From an uncultured Methylomirabilota bacterium (GTDB lineage: Bacteria > Methylomirabilota > Methylomirabilia > Methylomirabilales > 2-02-FULL-66-22): a stretch of DNA of 64,000 nucleotides. Shown piece by piece: positions 27,748 through 37,183 of the stretch (the stretch's first letter is position 1; every line of letters starts with the position of its first letter). The translations under genes were made by a program, and so were the position numbers. The DNA is taken from positions 3,456,001 through 3,520,000 of the forward strand of contig OY970067.1 in assembly GCA_963705305.1 (NCBI GenBank), written 5' to 3'. A model generated the notes under the pieces. It ran no database searches, was not told the DNA's origin, and was given only the letters and a program-made list of their open reading frames with translations.

Positions 27748-29121
27748 TTAGGGGGTCAGCCGCACGCTCAACTCTTCGATCTGCTTGCGAAATACCTCTT
27801 CGCCGGCGATCATCCGCTTGACCTTCTCGCAGGCATGGATGACCGTCGAGTGATCCTTGCCGCCAAAGCCGTCCCCGATGTCCGGCAGGGACGCCTTGAC
27901 GATCTCCCGGCACAGGTACATGGCGATCTGGCGGGGCAGAACGATGGACTTGTTCCTCCCGCGGGAGCGGAGGTCGTCCACCCGCACTCCGAAGAACTCC
28001 GCCACGGCCTTCTGGATAGCCGAGATCGTCGGCAGGCGCTGCTGTTCCGCGGTCAGCTCTTTCAGGACCTCCTGGGCCAGCTCCAGGCTCACCTCCCGGT
28101 TGGTGAAGGAGGCATGGGCCACCAGGCGCACCAGCGAGCCCTCCAGCTCGCGGATGTTGGACTTCACGTGCTTGGCGATGAAGAGCGAGACCTCGTCCGG
28201 CAGGCGTACCCCTTGGGCCTGGGCCTTCTTCCGCAGGATGGCCGCCTTCGTCTCCAGGTCCGGCGGCTGGATGTCGGCGATCAGCCCCCACTCGAACCGC
28301 GACCGCAGCCGCTCCTCCAGCGTCGGGATCTCGCGAGGCAGGCTGTCGGAGCTGATGACGATCTGCTTGGAAGAATCGTACAGATCGTTGAAGGTGTGGA
28401 AGAACTCCTCCTGCGTCCGCTCTTTCCCCGCGATGAACTGGATATCGTCGATCAGGAGGAGGTCCAGGCTCCGGTAGCGGTTGCGGAACTCGACGGTGGC
28501 ATCGAAGCGGATGGCGTTGATGAGGTCGTTGGTGAACTTCTCGGAAGAGACATACGAGACCTTGATCCGCGAGTCCCGCGTTCGGGCCAGGTTGCCGATG
28601 GCGTGCAGCAGGTGGGTCTTGCCCAGCCCCACCCCGCCGTAGATGAAGAGCGGGTTGTACGTCTTGGACAGCTGCTCCGCCACGGCCATGGAGGCGGCGT
28701 GGGCGAACTGGTTGCTGGTGCCCACGACAAAGGAGTCGAAGGTGTACTTCGGATTGAGCTGGGACACCCCTTCGCGCTGGCGCCGCGATGTGCGGCGGTC
28801 GGCGGTCTCCTCCCGGGGAAGGGAGATCACCGGTGTCTCCCGGTCCCGGTCCGGCAGGACCAGGGTCAATTCGACCTTGGTGAACATGAGATCTTCCAGG
28901 GCGGACCGCAACAGACCCAGATAGTGCTCCTCGAACCATTCCTTAAAGAAGCGGTTGGGGAGCAGCACCCGAAATCGGTGATCCTCGATGGCCCCCAAGG
29001 TCAAGGGACGGAACCAGGCTTCGAAGCTCTGCCGACTGATGCGGCTGCGGATGACCGCCAGTGCTTCCTCCCAGAGATCCCGCCCATTCCGCGCCGACAC
29101 CGAAGCGTCCGTGCCCGGCAT
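27748..29121 (-). CDS. dnaA: Chromosomal replication initiator DnaA
   Basis: LNPKYTFDSFVVG..N, YNPLFIYGGVGLGKTHL, LLIDDIQF, RLRSRFEWGL, NIRELEG, PRQIAMYL, DHSTVIHA. Confidence 0.98.
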   Translation of the reverse strand: MPGTDASVSARNGRDLWEEALAVIRSRISRQSFEAWFRPLTLGAIEDHRFRVLLPNRFFKEWFEEHYLGLLRSALEDLMFTKVELTLVLPDRDRETPVISLPREETADRRTSRRQREGVSQLNPKYTFDSFVVGTSNQFAHAASMAVAEQLSKTYNPLFIYGGVGLGKTHLLHAIGNLARTRDSRIKVSYVSSEKFTNDLINAIRFDATVEFRNRYRSLDLLLIDDIQFIAGKERTQEEFFHTFNDLYDSSKQIVISSDSLPREIPTLEERLRSRFEWGLIADIQPPDLETKAAILRKKAQAQGVRLPDEVSLFIAKHVKSNIRELEGSLVRLVAHASFTNREVSLELAQEVLKELTAEQQRLPTISAIQKAVAEFFGVRVDDLRSRGRNKSIVLPRQIAMYLCREIVKASLPDIGDGFGGKDHSTVIHACEKVKRMIAGEEVFRKQIEELSVRLTP

Positions 29122-29134
29122 GCCCAACCCTCCG

Positions 29135-29380
29135 ATCAAGTTATCCACAATCCATCCAATAGGCAAACATCCTGCAATTTCAAGGTCAATTGGCTGCTGA
29201 AGTCCGTGGAGGCCCTCCCAGAGCGGGCTCGGAGTTATCCACAGCTTTCTCCACAGATGTGGATAACTGGAAGTCCTCTGTTTCGTTGGATCTTCGGGAG
29301 TTGTCCCCAAACACGACGGGATGTTGGATGTACCGATAAGTATACAACATATTGAAAATAAATAGTTTCTTAGATCAATG
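29135..29380. other. Probable replication origin oriC
   Basis: Perfect DnaA boxes TTATCCACA at 29141-29149 and 29235-29243 and TGTGGATAA at 29258-29266; one-mismatch box at 29247-29255; AT-rich tract at 29335-29380 with an IHF-like site; directly upstream of dnaA. Confidence 0.75.
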
Positions 29381-29392
29381 AGACGTTGGGCC

Positions 29393-29630
29393 CCCCTTTT
29401 AGCGCACCCTTCCAATGGGTGTCAAGCCTCTTTTTAGGAAAAAAAATCATCACCGGAAGTCCTTGTATTCTTGGCAGTTTCGCAGGGAGGAAAAAGGAGG
29501 GGGGCGGGCTGGCGCGGCTGGACGCCCCGGGTCCACGCCGAATCGCCCGTCTCAGGGAGAATGGGGTTCTGGTCCGGAGCGCCCGGTGGGCATTTCCCTT
29601 GACACCCCCTTTCAAGCTGAAATAAATTGA
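29393..29630. promoter_or_regulatory. Divergent promoters for dnaA (-) and the liv operon (+)
   Basis: CTTGACACCC on each strand (29417-29426 minus, 29598-29607 plus), each followed by a TAAA-type -10 box. Confidence 0.5.
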
Positions 29631-29752
29631 GACTTCTTTCCGGGGCTCCGTAGCGTCGGGGCCCGCCGCATGGACGGATCTTCGCCGCTTGAGCCGCAGA
29701 ATGTGGCCAGGGGTGGAAGTCGGGGGTGGGTCGGCGGGACAAGGAGACGCGT

Positions 29753-30970
29753 GTGAAGGCATCCAGCGTGATCATCATGGTAGGGCTCGGCCTGTGGCTG
29801 TGCGGGTCCGCGCCGAGCGCGGCGGCCCAGACGCCCATCCGGATCGGCGAGATCAACTCCTACACCGGCATCGCCGCCGGGTTCACCCTCCCCTACCGGG
29901 AGGCGATCGAGATGGCAGTGGACGAGGTGAATTCGGGCGGGGGCCTCCTGGGCCGGAAAGTGGAGGTGCTCTTCCGGGACGACAAGGGGAGCCCCCCCGA
30001 GGCGATCCGCCACGCGCAGGAATTGGTCGGGGCGGAGAAGGTGGCCCTGCTGGCAGGGACCTTTCTCAGCAACGTGGGGCTGGCCGTCTCCGACTTCGCC
30101 CGCCAGAACAAGACCCTCTTCGTGGCCGCCGAGCCTTTGACGGAGGCGCTCACCTGGTCCAAGGGGCACCGCTATGTCTTCCGTGTCCGCCCCAACACCT
30201 ACGAGCAGGGGCGGATTCTCGCCGAGCGCGCGGCCAAGCTCCCCTACCGGAAGTGGGCGGTCATCGGGCCCAACTACGAGTACGGCCGGCGTGCCTGGGA
30301 GACGTTCTGGGAGCGGCTCCGGGAGCTGAAGCCGGATGTCGAGCTGGTGGGCGAGCACTGGCCGACGCTGGGCAAGATCGAGCCCTCGGGCTACGTCACC
30401 GCCCTCCTGGGCCAGCGGCCGGAAGCCGTCTATGTCTCGCTCTTCGGCAGCGACTGGATCGCCTTCGTGCGCGAGGCCGGCAAGCGGGGCCTCTTCCGGC
30501 AGGCCTTCTTTGCCGGCCCCCTTCTGGGCGAGCCGGAGTACATGGACCCGCTCGGCCTGGAGGCCCCGGAGGGGGTCCTGGTCACGGGCTATCCGTGGTA
30601 CGACATCCAGACACCGGCCCACCGGGCGTTCGTCAAGGCCTTTACGGCCCGGACGGGGCACCATCCCGTGATGGGGAGCCTGGTGGGCTACATCACCTTT
30701 TCGTCCATCTTTCAGGCCATCCGGAAGGCCCGGAGCACCGACACCGAGCGGCTGATATCCGCCCTGGAAGGGCTGCGCGTCGAGACTCCCATCGGGCCCA
30801 TCACCTATCGCCCCTTCGACCACCAGTCCACCATGGGGGTCTGGGTGGGCCTGACCCGGCGGGATACCGCGCGGGGCGTCGGGGTGATGGCGGATTGGCA
30901 GTACGTCCCCGGCGAGAAGATGCTTCCATCCGAGACCGAGGTGATGAAGATGCGGCAGGCGGCCCGCTGA
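29753..30970 (+). CDS. Branched-chain amino acid-type ABC substrate-binding protein (LivK family)
   Basis: Signal peptide; IRIGEINSY..A..EVN..GG.LGR..RDD; NYEYG. Confidence 0.88.
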   Translation: MKASSVIIMVGLGLWLCGSAPSAAAQTPIRIGEINSYTGIAAGFTLPYREAIEMAVDEVNSGGGLLGRKVEVLFRDDKGSPPEAIRHAQELVGAEKVALLAGTFLSNVGLAVSDFARQNKTLFVAAEPLTEALTWSKGHRYVFRVRPNTYEQGRILAERAAKLPYRKWAVIGPNYEYGRRAWETFWERLRELKPDVELVGEHWPTLGKIEPSGYVTALLGQRPEAVYVSLFGSDWIAFVREAGKRGLFRQAFFAGPLLGEPEYMDPLGLEAPEGVLVTGYPWYDIQTPAHRAFVKAFTARTGHHPVMGSLVGYITFSSIFQAIRKARSTDTERLISALEGLRVETPIGPITYRPFDHQSTMGVWVGLTRRDTARGVGVMADWQYVPGEKMLPSETEVMKMRQAAR

Positions 30971-31033
30971 GTCCGGCATCCGGCCGGGGGTGACCGCGGG
31001 CCGCCCGGCGTGATTGGCCGCATCCTTTATTCC

Positions 31034-32881
31034 ATGTCCCTCATCGCTGTCCAGTTCCTCACCGGCCTGACCAACGCGATGTTCCTGTTCCTCATCGCCT
31101 CGGGTCTCTCCCTCATCTTCGGCGTGACCCGCATCCTGAACTTTGCGCACGGCTCTTTTTTTATGCTGGCGGCCTATCTCACCGCCTCGCTTGCCAGCGG
31201 CTTGCCGGTGGGGGTAGGGGGCTTCTACGGCGGGGTCCTGCTGGCTCCCCTGGCGGTGGCGCTCCTGGGCGGGGCCGTCGAGGTCTGCCTCTTGCGCCGG
31301 ATCTACCGGGCGCCGGAGCTGTATCAGCTTGTGCTGACGTTCGCCCTGGTCCTGGTGATCGGCGCCGGGGTGCGGTTCTTCTGGGGAGCGGAAAACCGGA
31401 CCGGGCCCACCGCGCCGGGCCTGACGGGGGCCGTCCCCATCCTGGGCCAGCTGTTCCCGACCTACGATCTGGCGGTCCTGGCGCTCGGTCCCCTGGTGGC
31501 CTTGGGGCTCTGGGGGCTGCTATACCACACCCGCTGGGGGATCCTCATCCGCGCAGCCACCCACGACCGGGAGATGGTGGGCGCGCTGGGCGTGAACCAG
31601 GCCCGGCTGTTCACCGGCGTGTTCATCCTGGGGTCGTGGCTGGCTGGCCTGGCGGGGGCGCTCCAGGCGCCCCGGCAGGCCCTCAGCACGGTGATGGACG
31701 CCCGGGTGATCGTGGAAGCCTTCGTCGTGGTCGTCATCGGAGGGATGGGCAGTGTGTGGGGGGCACTTCTGGGGGCCCTGCTGATCGGCTTCCTGCAGGC
31801 CTTCGGGATTCTCTGGCTGCCGCGCGAGCTGCACCTGGTGCTGGCCTCGGTGCTCATGGCGGCCGTCCTCATCCTGCGGCCATGGGGGCTCTTGGGCCGG
31901 CCCATGATCACCGCCCGGTCGGCTGGCGCCGAGACGCCTCTCTTGCCTGCAGCCGGACCGCGGCCCGCCCGCTGGGGGATCGTCGCCCTGGTGCTGCTGC
32001 TGGTCGTGCTGCCGGGGATGCTGCCTTCCTTTTTCGTCTGGCTGCTGGTGGAGATCCTGGCCTATACGCTGTTTGCCGGGAGTCTCCAGCTGCTGATCGG
32101 GGGCGCCGGCTTGGTGTCCTTCGGCCACGCGGCCTACTTCGGCCTGGGCGCCTATGCCGCGGCTCTGACCGTGACGTGGGCCGGCCTGCCGATGCCGGCG
32201 TCGCTGGTGGTGGCGCCGGCCGTCGCCGCGTTGGCGGCTCTGGGATTCGGCTTCTTCTGCGTGCGGCTGACCGGCGTTTACTTCGCCATGCTGACGCTGG
32301 CGTTCGCCCAGATCGGCTATGCCGTGGTCCACCAGTGGTACGGGTTCACCGGTGGAGACAACGGGATTCTCGGTGTCTGGCCGCCCCCCGTGCTGGCCTC
32401 CCCGGCCCGGTACTACGCTCTGGCCCTCCTGGTGACAGCCGCAGGTCTCTTGGCTCTGGGCCGCATCGCCCGGTCACCCTTCGGCTTGGCGCTGCGGGCG
32501 GCGCGCGATCATTCCGAGCGCTGCGAGGCGCTGGGTGTGAACGTCCGGGCCTGCCAGCTGGCGGCGTTCGGGGTGGCGGGCTTCTTCGCCGGTCTGGCCG
32601 GCGCCCTCTTTGTGTTCCTGAAAGGCAGCGCCTTTCCGGAGTACCTGGCCATTCCCATGTCGATCCGGTCGCTGGTCATGGTCCTGCTGGGAGGAATCGA
32701 GGGCCTGGCTGGCGCCCCGGTGGGGGCGGCGACCTACCTGATTCTGGATACGGCCGTCACCCGGTATACCGATTACTGGCAGGCGGTGTTGGGGGGGATT
32801 CTCATCATCCTGGTGATCGCCGCTCCGCGCGGCATGCTGGGCGCCCTGAGGCGCCGGGGCCGGAAGGGGGGCGGCCCGTGA
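31034..32881 (+). CDS. Fused LivH/LivM permease
   Basis: GLSLIFG..NFAHG, VVVIGGMGS (LivH); SFGHAAYFGLGAY, YFAMLTLAF, TGGDNG (LivM). Confidence 0.88.
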   Translation: MSLIAVQFLTGLTNAMFLFLIASGLSLIFGVTRILNFAHGSFFMLAAYLTASLASGLPVGVGGFYGGVLLAPLAVALLGGAVEVCLLRRIYRAPELYQLVLTFALVLVIGAGVRFFWGAENRTGPTAPGLTGAVPILGQLFPTYDLAVLALGPLVALGLWGLLYHTRWGILIRAATHDREMVGALGVNQARLFTGVFILGSWLAGLAGALQAPRQALSTVMDARVIVEAFVVVVIGGMGSVWGALLGALLIGFLQAFGILWLPRELHLVLASVLMAAVLILRPWGLLGRPMITARSAGAETPLLPAAGPRPARWGIVALVLLLVVLPGMLPSFFVWLLVEILAYTLFAGSLQLLIGGAGLVSFGHAAYFGLGAYAAALTVTWAGLPMPASLVVAPAVAALAALGFGFFCVRLTGVYFAMLTLAFAQIGYAVVHQWYGFTGGDNGILGVWPPPVLASPARYYALALLVTAAGLLALGRIARSPFGLALRAARDHSERCEALGVNVRACQLAAFGVAGFFAGLAGALFVFLKGSAFPEYLAIPMSIRSLVMVLLGGIEGLAGAPVGAATYLILDTAVTRYTDYWQAVLGGILIILVIAAPRGMLGALRRRGRKGGGP

Positions 32882-33651
32882 CGGCACCCCTGCTCCAGGT
32901 CCGAAACGTGCGGAAAGCCTTCGGTGGGGTGGAGGCGCTGGCAGGAGTCGGCCTGGAGGTCGCCCACGGGGAGATCCGCGCGGTCATCGGTCCGAACGGC
33001 GCCGGCAAGACCACGCTCTTCAACGTGATCACAGGGCAGCTCCGCTGCGATGCGGGCGAGATTCTCTTCCGGGGCAGGCGGGTGGACGGGCTGGCCCCGC
33101 ACCGCGTCTGGCGCCGGGGAATCAGCCGAACGTTTCAGATCACCGCAACTTTTGCCGGTCTGACGCTGCTGGAAAACGTCCAGGTCGCCGTGCAGTCCAG
33201 CCTGGGGCAAAGCCGCTCCCTGTTCGGGCGAGCCGCCGACCTGGCGCGCGAGCCCGCCCTGCAGCTGCTGGGTCGCGTAGGCCTGGCGGAACAGGCGGGG
33301 GCGGTCTGCGGGACGCTCTCCCTGGGCGATCTCAAACGCGTGGAGCTGGCCATGGCCTTGGCCAACAACCCGGAGCTCCTGCTCCTCGATGAGCCAACGG
33401 CGGGGATGGCCCCGGCAGAGCGGATGGATCTCGTGACCCACATTCTCTCCATCGTGCGGGAGCGTGGGGTGTCGGTCCTGTTTACGGAGCACGACATGGA
33501 CGTCGTCTTCGCCGCCGCCGAACGGATCACGGTGCTCCATCAAGGACGCGTACTCGCCGAGGATACCCCGCACGCAGTGCGGGAGAATCCGGCGGTGCAG
33601 GCGATCTACCTGGGGGGCTCCGCGACCCCCGGAGGGGCGCACGATGTCTGA
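32878..33651 (+). CDS. livG: ABC ATP-binding subunit, LivG-like
   Basis: IGPNGAGKTT, RTFQ, LLLDEPTAGM, EHDM. Confidence 0.85.
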   Translation: MTAPLLQVRNVRKAFGGVEALAGVGLEVAHGEIRAVIGPNGAGKTTLFNVITGQLRCDAGEILFRGRRVDGLAPHRVWRRGISRTFQITATFAGLTLLENVQVAVQSSLGQSRSLFGRAADLAREPALQLLGRVGLAEQAGAVCGTLSLGDLKRVELAMALANNPELLLLDEPTAGMAPAERMDLVTHILSIVRERGVSVLFTEHDMDVVFAAAERITVLHQGRVLAEDTPHAVRENPAVQAIYLGGSATPGGAHDV

Positions 33652-34381
33652 CGCGGTCGGCACGTCCGAAGCGAGGCCCCTCCTGGATGTTGCCGGGCTG
33701 TGTGTCCGGTACGGGCTGCACCGGGTCCTGGAGGGGATCAGCCTGCGGGTGGCGCCGGGCGAGGTGGTGGCCCTCCTGGGGCGAAACGGGGCCGGGAAAT
33801 CCACCACCCTCAAGGCGATCATGGGTCTGGTCCCGGCGGCGTCCGGCCGGGTGACATACGACGGCGGATCTCTCCTGGGGAGGCCCCCCTACGAGACCTG
33901 CCGTCTGGGCGTCGGCTACGTTCCCCAGGACCGTCGAATCTTCCCGGATCTCAGCGTGCGTGAGAACCTGGAAGTCGGCATGCAGGCGCGGCGGGGGGCT
34001 GCGCCGGTCTGGACGCCGGAGCGGATCGGCCGGCTCTTTCCCGCCCTGGCAAGTCTGGCCGGACGGCGCGGAGGCAGCCTGAGCGGTGGCGAGCAGCAGA
34101 TGCTCACCATCGCCCGGACGCTCATGGGGAATCCCCGCCTCTTGCTCCTGGATGAGCCCTCCGAGGGGTTGGCGCCGCTGGTGGTGCAGGAGATGGCCGG
34201 GCACATCCAGCAGCTGAAGGCGGAGGGAATGGCCATCCTGCTTTCCGAGCAGAACCTCCACTTTACCACCCGCGTGTGCGATCGCGCCTACATCCTGGAA
34301 AAAGGACAGATCCGGTATGCGGGCACACTGGCGGCGCTGCTGGCGGAGGAGACCATCCGCCGGCGGCACCTGATGGTGTGA
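33644..34381 (+). CDS. livF: ABC ATP-binding subunit, LivF-like
   Basis: LGRNGAGKST, LSGGEQQML, LDEPSEGLAP, EQN. Confidence 0.87.
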   Translation: MSDAVGTSEARPLLDVAGLCVRYGLHRVLEGISLRVAPGEVVALLGRNGAGKSTTLKAIMGLVPAASGRVTYDGGSLLGRPPYETCRLGVGYVPQDRRIFPDLSVRENLEVGMQARRGAAPVWTPERIGRLFPALASLAGRRGGSLSGGEQQMLTIARTLMGNPRLLLLDEPSEGLAPLVVQEMAGHIQQLKAEGMAILLSEQNLHFTTRVCDRAYILEKGQIRYAGTLAALLAEETIRRRHLMV

Positions 34382-34628
34382 CCGGCGCGGCGACCCCTGG
34401 CAGGACTGCCGCGGCGTGGGTGTCCTCCCGCACGGGGCAAGTCCCCCCGGCAGGATCCAGAGCTCCAAGGGAGAGAATTCTCCCGCGCTGCGATGTGCGT
34501 GCGCGGCCTGAGGGGGATGCGCGCGCAGCGTGCACGAACGCTTGACTTTCGCTGGCATTTCCGGGGATCATGTCGGCTAGATCGACTCGGGGTGACGGTG
34601 GGAGACCGCCTCAACGATCTCGACGGCA

Positions 34629-35165
34629 ATGCCGGAGGGGCGTATGGTGCCGGAAGGGGAGAAGCTCTCGGCGGAGCGTCGTGCCGATCTCCTGCAGCTC
34701 GCCGCCGCCGCCCGGGACCAGCCGGCCACTGAGAGCATCGGAACTTCCCTTCTTCTCTTCGTCCTGGCCGGGGAGAGCTACGGATTTCCCCTCGATCGCG
34801 TCCGCGAAGTCGTCAAGCTGGCTCCGATCGCCCCGGTTCCCTTCATTCCGGCGCATATCCTCGGGGTGATAAACCTTCGAGGGGAGATTCTGCCCGTCTT
34901 GGATCCCAGGAGACTCTTGGGACTTCTCCCAGCCTCCCCCGGGCCGAGAGGGCTGATTGTCGTCGTCAAAGCCTCGACGCCGGTCGGCTTCCTGGCCGAC
35001 GAGGTTCAGGACGTGGTCGAAGTGCGGGGGTCCGTGGACCCGCCCCTGGCCACCCTTCCCGAAAGGCAGGCGGCATATCTTCAGGGGCAGATCGTCCATG
35101 ACGGGCGGCTGATCGGAGTTCTAGACGTGGAGGCCCTCCTGGCAGGCGGCGGCGAGGGCGGATGA
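34629..35165 (+). CDS. cheW: CheW adaptor
   Basis: F.L.GE.YG..V.EV..VP..P.HILGVINLRGEILPVLD; start may be 34644. Confidence 0.9.
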   Translation: MPEGRMVPEGEKLSAERRADLLQLAAAARDQPATESIGTSLLLFVLAGESYGFPLDRVREVVKLAPIAPVPFIPAHILGVINLRGEILPVLDPRRLLGLLPASPGPRGLIVVVKASTPVGFLADEVQDVVEVRGSVDPPLATLPERQAAYLQGQIVHDGRLIGVLDVEALLAGGGEGG

Positions 35166-35569
35166 TGGCCTGGGCCCCATGCCTGGAGGTCCTGTGCTTC
35201 CGCCTGGGCGGCAGCCTGTGGGGAATCGAGGCCGCCCAGGTGGAACGGATCGCCGGTCCGGCGGAGGCGATCGAGGGGCCGGTTTTGGATCCGGCGCACG
35301 CGCTGGGAGTGGCCCTCCCGCATCTCCCGGCGGGGCCCCGACTCGTCCTGCGACTCGAAGCGACCCGGGCGGTTCTCCCCGTCGACGAGGTGGTCGACCT
35401 GGTCTCCCTGTTCCCCCACGACCTTTCCGCCCTGCCGCCTCTGGTCGCGGGCGCCTTGCCGGATGAGCGCATCTGGGCGATGGCAAAAGTGGGGGCGGAG
35501 GTCGTGCTGCTCGTGGATGCGGAGGCCGTGGAGCGAGCCTGCGCGCCCCTCCCGGATCCGGCAGGCTGA
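35162..35569 (+). CDS. Second, divergent CheW-like protein
   Basis: FRLGG..WGIE..V, LPVDEVVDL, LLVD; translationally coupled to cheW. Confidence 0.7.
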   Translation: MMAWAPCLEVLCFRLGGSLWGIEAAQVERIAGPAEAIEGPVLDPAHALGVALPHLPAGPRLVLRLEATRAVLPVDEVVDLVSLFPHDLSALPPLVAGALPDERIWAMAKVGAEVVLLVDAEAVERACAPLPDPAG

Positions 35570-35704
35570 CAACGGGAGGGACTTCCACGGAGGAAAGGTC
35601 CGGGCGGCCCGGATCGGCCGGGCGGCGCATCGGTGGCCATACATTTCGCCAGACGGGGGAAAGGAGCATCCCGGCCCCACAGCCTCCGTACAAGAGGAGG
35701 GTGC

Positions 35705-37182
35705 ATGAGACTCCGCACGAAGTTCAGCCTGATTGTGGCAGGGGCGATGGCGCTGATCATCGTCCTCCTCGCCGTCGGGATTCACGCGCTCCAGCAACGT
35801 CACCTGGAGCGGATGCTCCGTGAACGGGGAACCGTGCAGCTCCAGCTGCTGGCCCAGTCCAGCGTCGCCGCGATCATGGATAACGACATGATCCCCCTGG
35901 CCCCCTTCCAGACCCAGTTTCGCGATGACGAGGACATCCTCTTTGCATCGGTCCAGGGGAAGGCCGGGAAGCTCGTGGATGTGATCAAACCGCAGCTGCC
36001 CAATCTCCCCCCCACCTCGTTCTGGAGCAGCCAGTCAAGGCTGGGGACGAGACGATCGGCAGCGTCGTCCTGGGCCTGTCGCTCGTCAAGGTCAACCGGG
36101 ACCTGCGGCAAGCCACCCTGCTGATCCTGCTGGCGGCAATCGCGAGCATCGCCCTGATCGTGGGCCTGATGGCTCTGGTCTTCACCCGGGTCGCCATCGT
36201 CCCCTTGAACCAGATCACGGCCGCCACCCAGCGGCTGGCGGCGGGAGACCTCCGGGAGACCCTGCCCCTCGGACGCCGGGATGAGCTGGGCCGCCTGGCG
36301 GAGGCCTTCAACGCGATGGTCGCCTCGCTGCAGGTGGTGGTGAAAGAGGTGCAGCGGGCCGGCCTCCAGGTCAGCTCCACCAGCGCCGAGATCCTCGCCA
36401 CCAGCGAGCAGCATGCCTCCGGATCTGCCCAGCAGGCGGCCGCGGTGGCCGAGGTGACGGCCACCATGGAGGAGCTCAGCAGCAGCGCGGCCCAGATCGC
36501 CGAGAACGCCCGGGCGGTGGAGGGGGTGGCGGCGGAGACGTCCCAATCGGCCCAGGCCGGGACGGCCGCGGTCGAGGAGGCCCTCCGGGCCATGGAGGGG
36601 ATCCGGGCCCGGGTCGAGGAGATCTCCCGGAAGACCCTCGCCCTCGGGGAACGGTCCCAGCAGATCGGTGATGTCCTCGGCCTCATCAAGGAGATCGCAG
36701 GGGAGATCCATCTCCTGGCCCTGAACGCGGCCATCGAGTCCGCCGCCGCCGGCGAGCACGGGAAGCGTTTTGCCGTCGTTGCCGCCGAGGTGCGGCGGCT
36801 GGCGGAGCGGACCCGGGCCTCAACCGAGGAGATCCGGGGGATCATTGGGGAGATCCAGTCCGCCACCAACAGCTCGGTGCTGGCCACCGAGCAGGGAATG
36901 AAGGAGGCCGAGGCCGTGGCCTCCCGGGCCGAGCGGGCCGCGGAAGCCTTGGGAGAGATCCTGGGCAGGATCGGGCAGACGGCCCAGGCCGCCAAGCAGA
37001 TCAGTGTCGCCACCCAGCAGCAGCGCACGGCCAGCGACCAGATCGTGGCCACCATGCGGGAGCTGGCCGAGGTGATCAAGCAGACCGCCGCCGGCATGAA
37101 GCAGTCCACGGTGGCGGCCGGGGAGCTGAACCAGCTGGCCGGGGAGCTGAAGGCGCGCGTGGGCGCCTTCCAGGTGGCCTGA
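35705..37182 (+). CDS. Methyl-accepting chemotaxis protein (frameshift at C7 tract 36007-36013)
   Basis: TM1, small periplasmic domain, TM2, HAMP (DELGRLAEAFNAM), LLALNAAIE.A.AGEHG.RFAVVA.EVR; one added C joins the frames. Confidence 0.87.
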
Positions 37183-37183
37183 G

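Noticed and set aside
27748..29415. 555-aa N-terminally extended DnaA
   Set aside because: The extension runs through the DnaA-box/AT-rich region; domain I begins just after ATG 29121, which has a GGAGGG RBS
31034..32881. LivH-LivM fusion as a novelty
   Set aside because: Fused permeases of this family are common
35570..35704. Possible c-di-GMP or other riboswitch before the MCP gene
   Set aside because: Only a 7-bp closing stem and GC hairpins; no recognisable aptamer motifs
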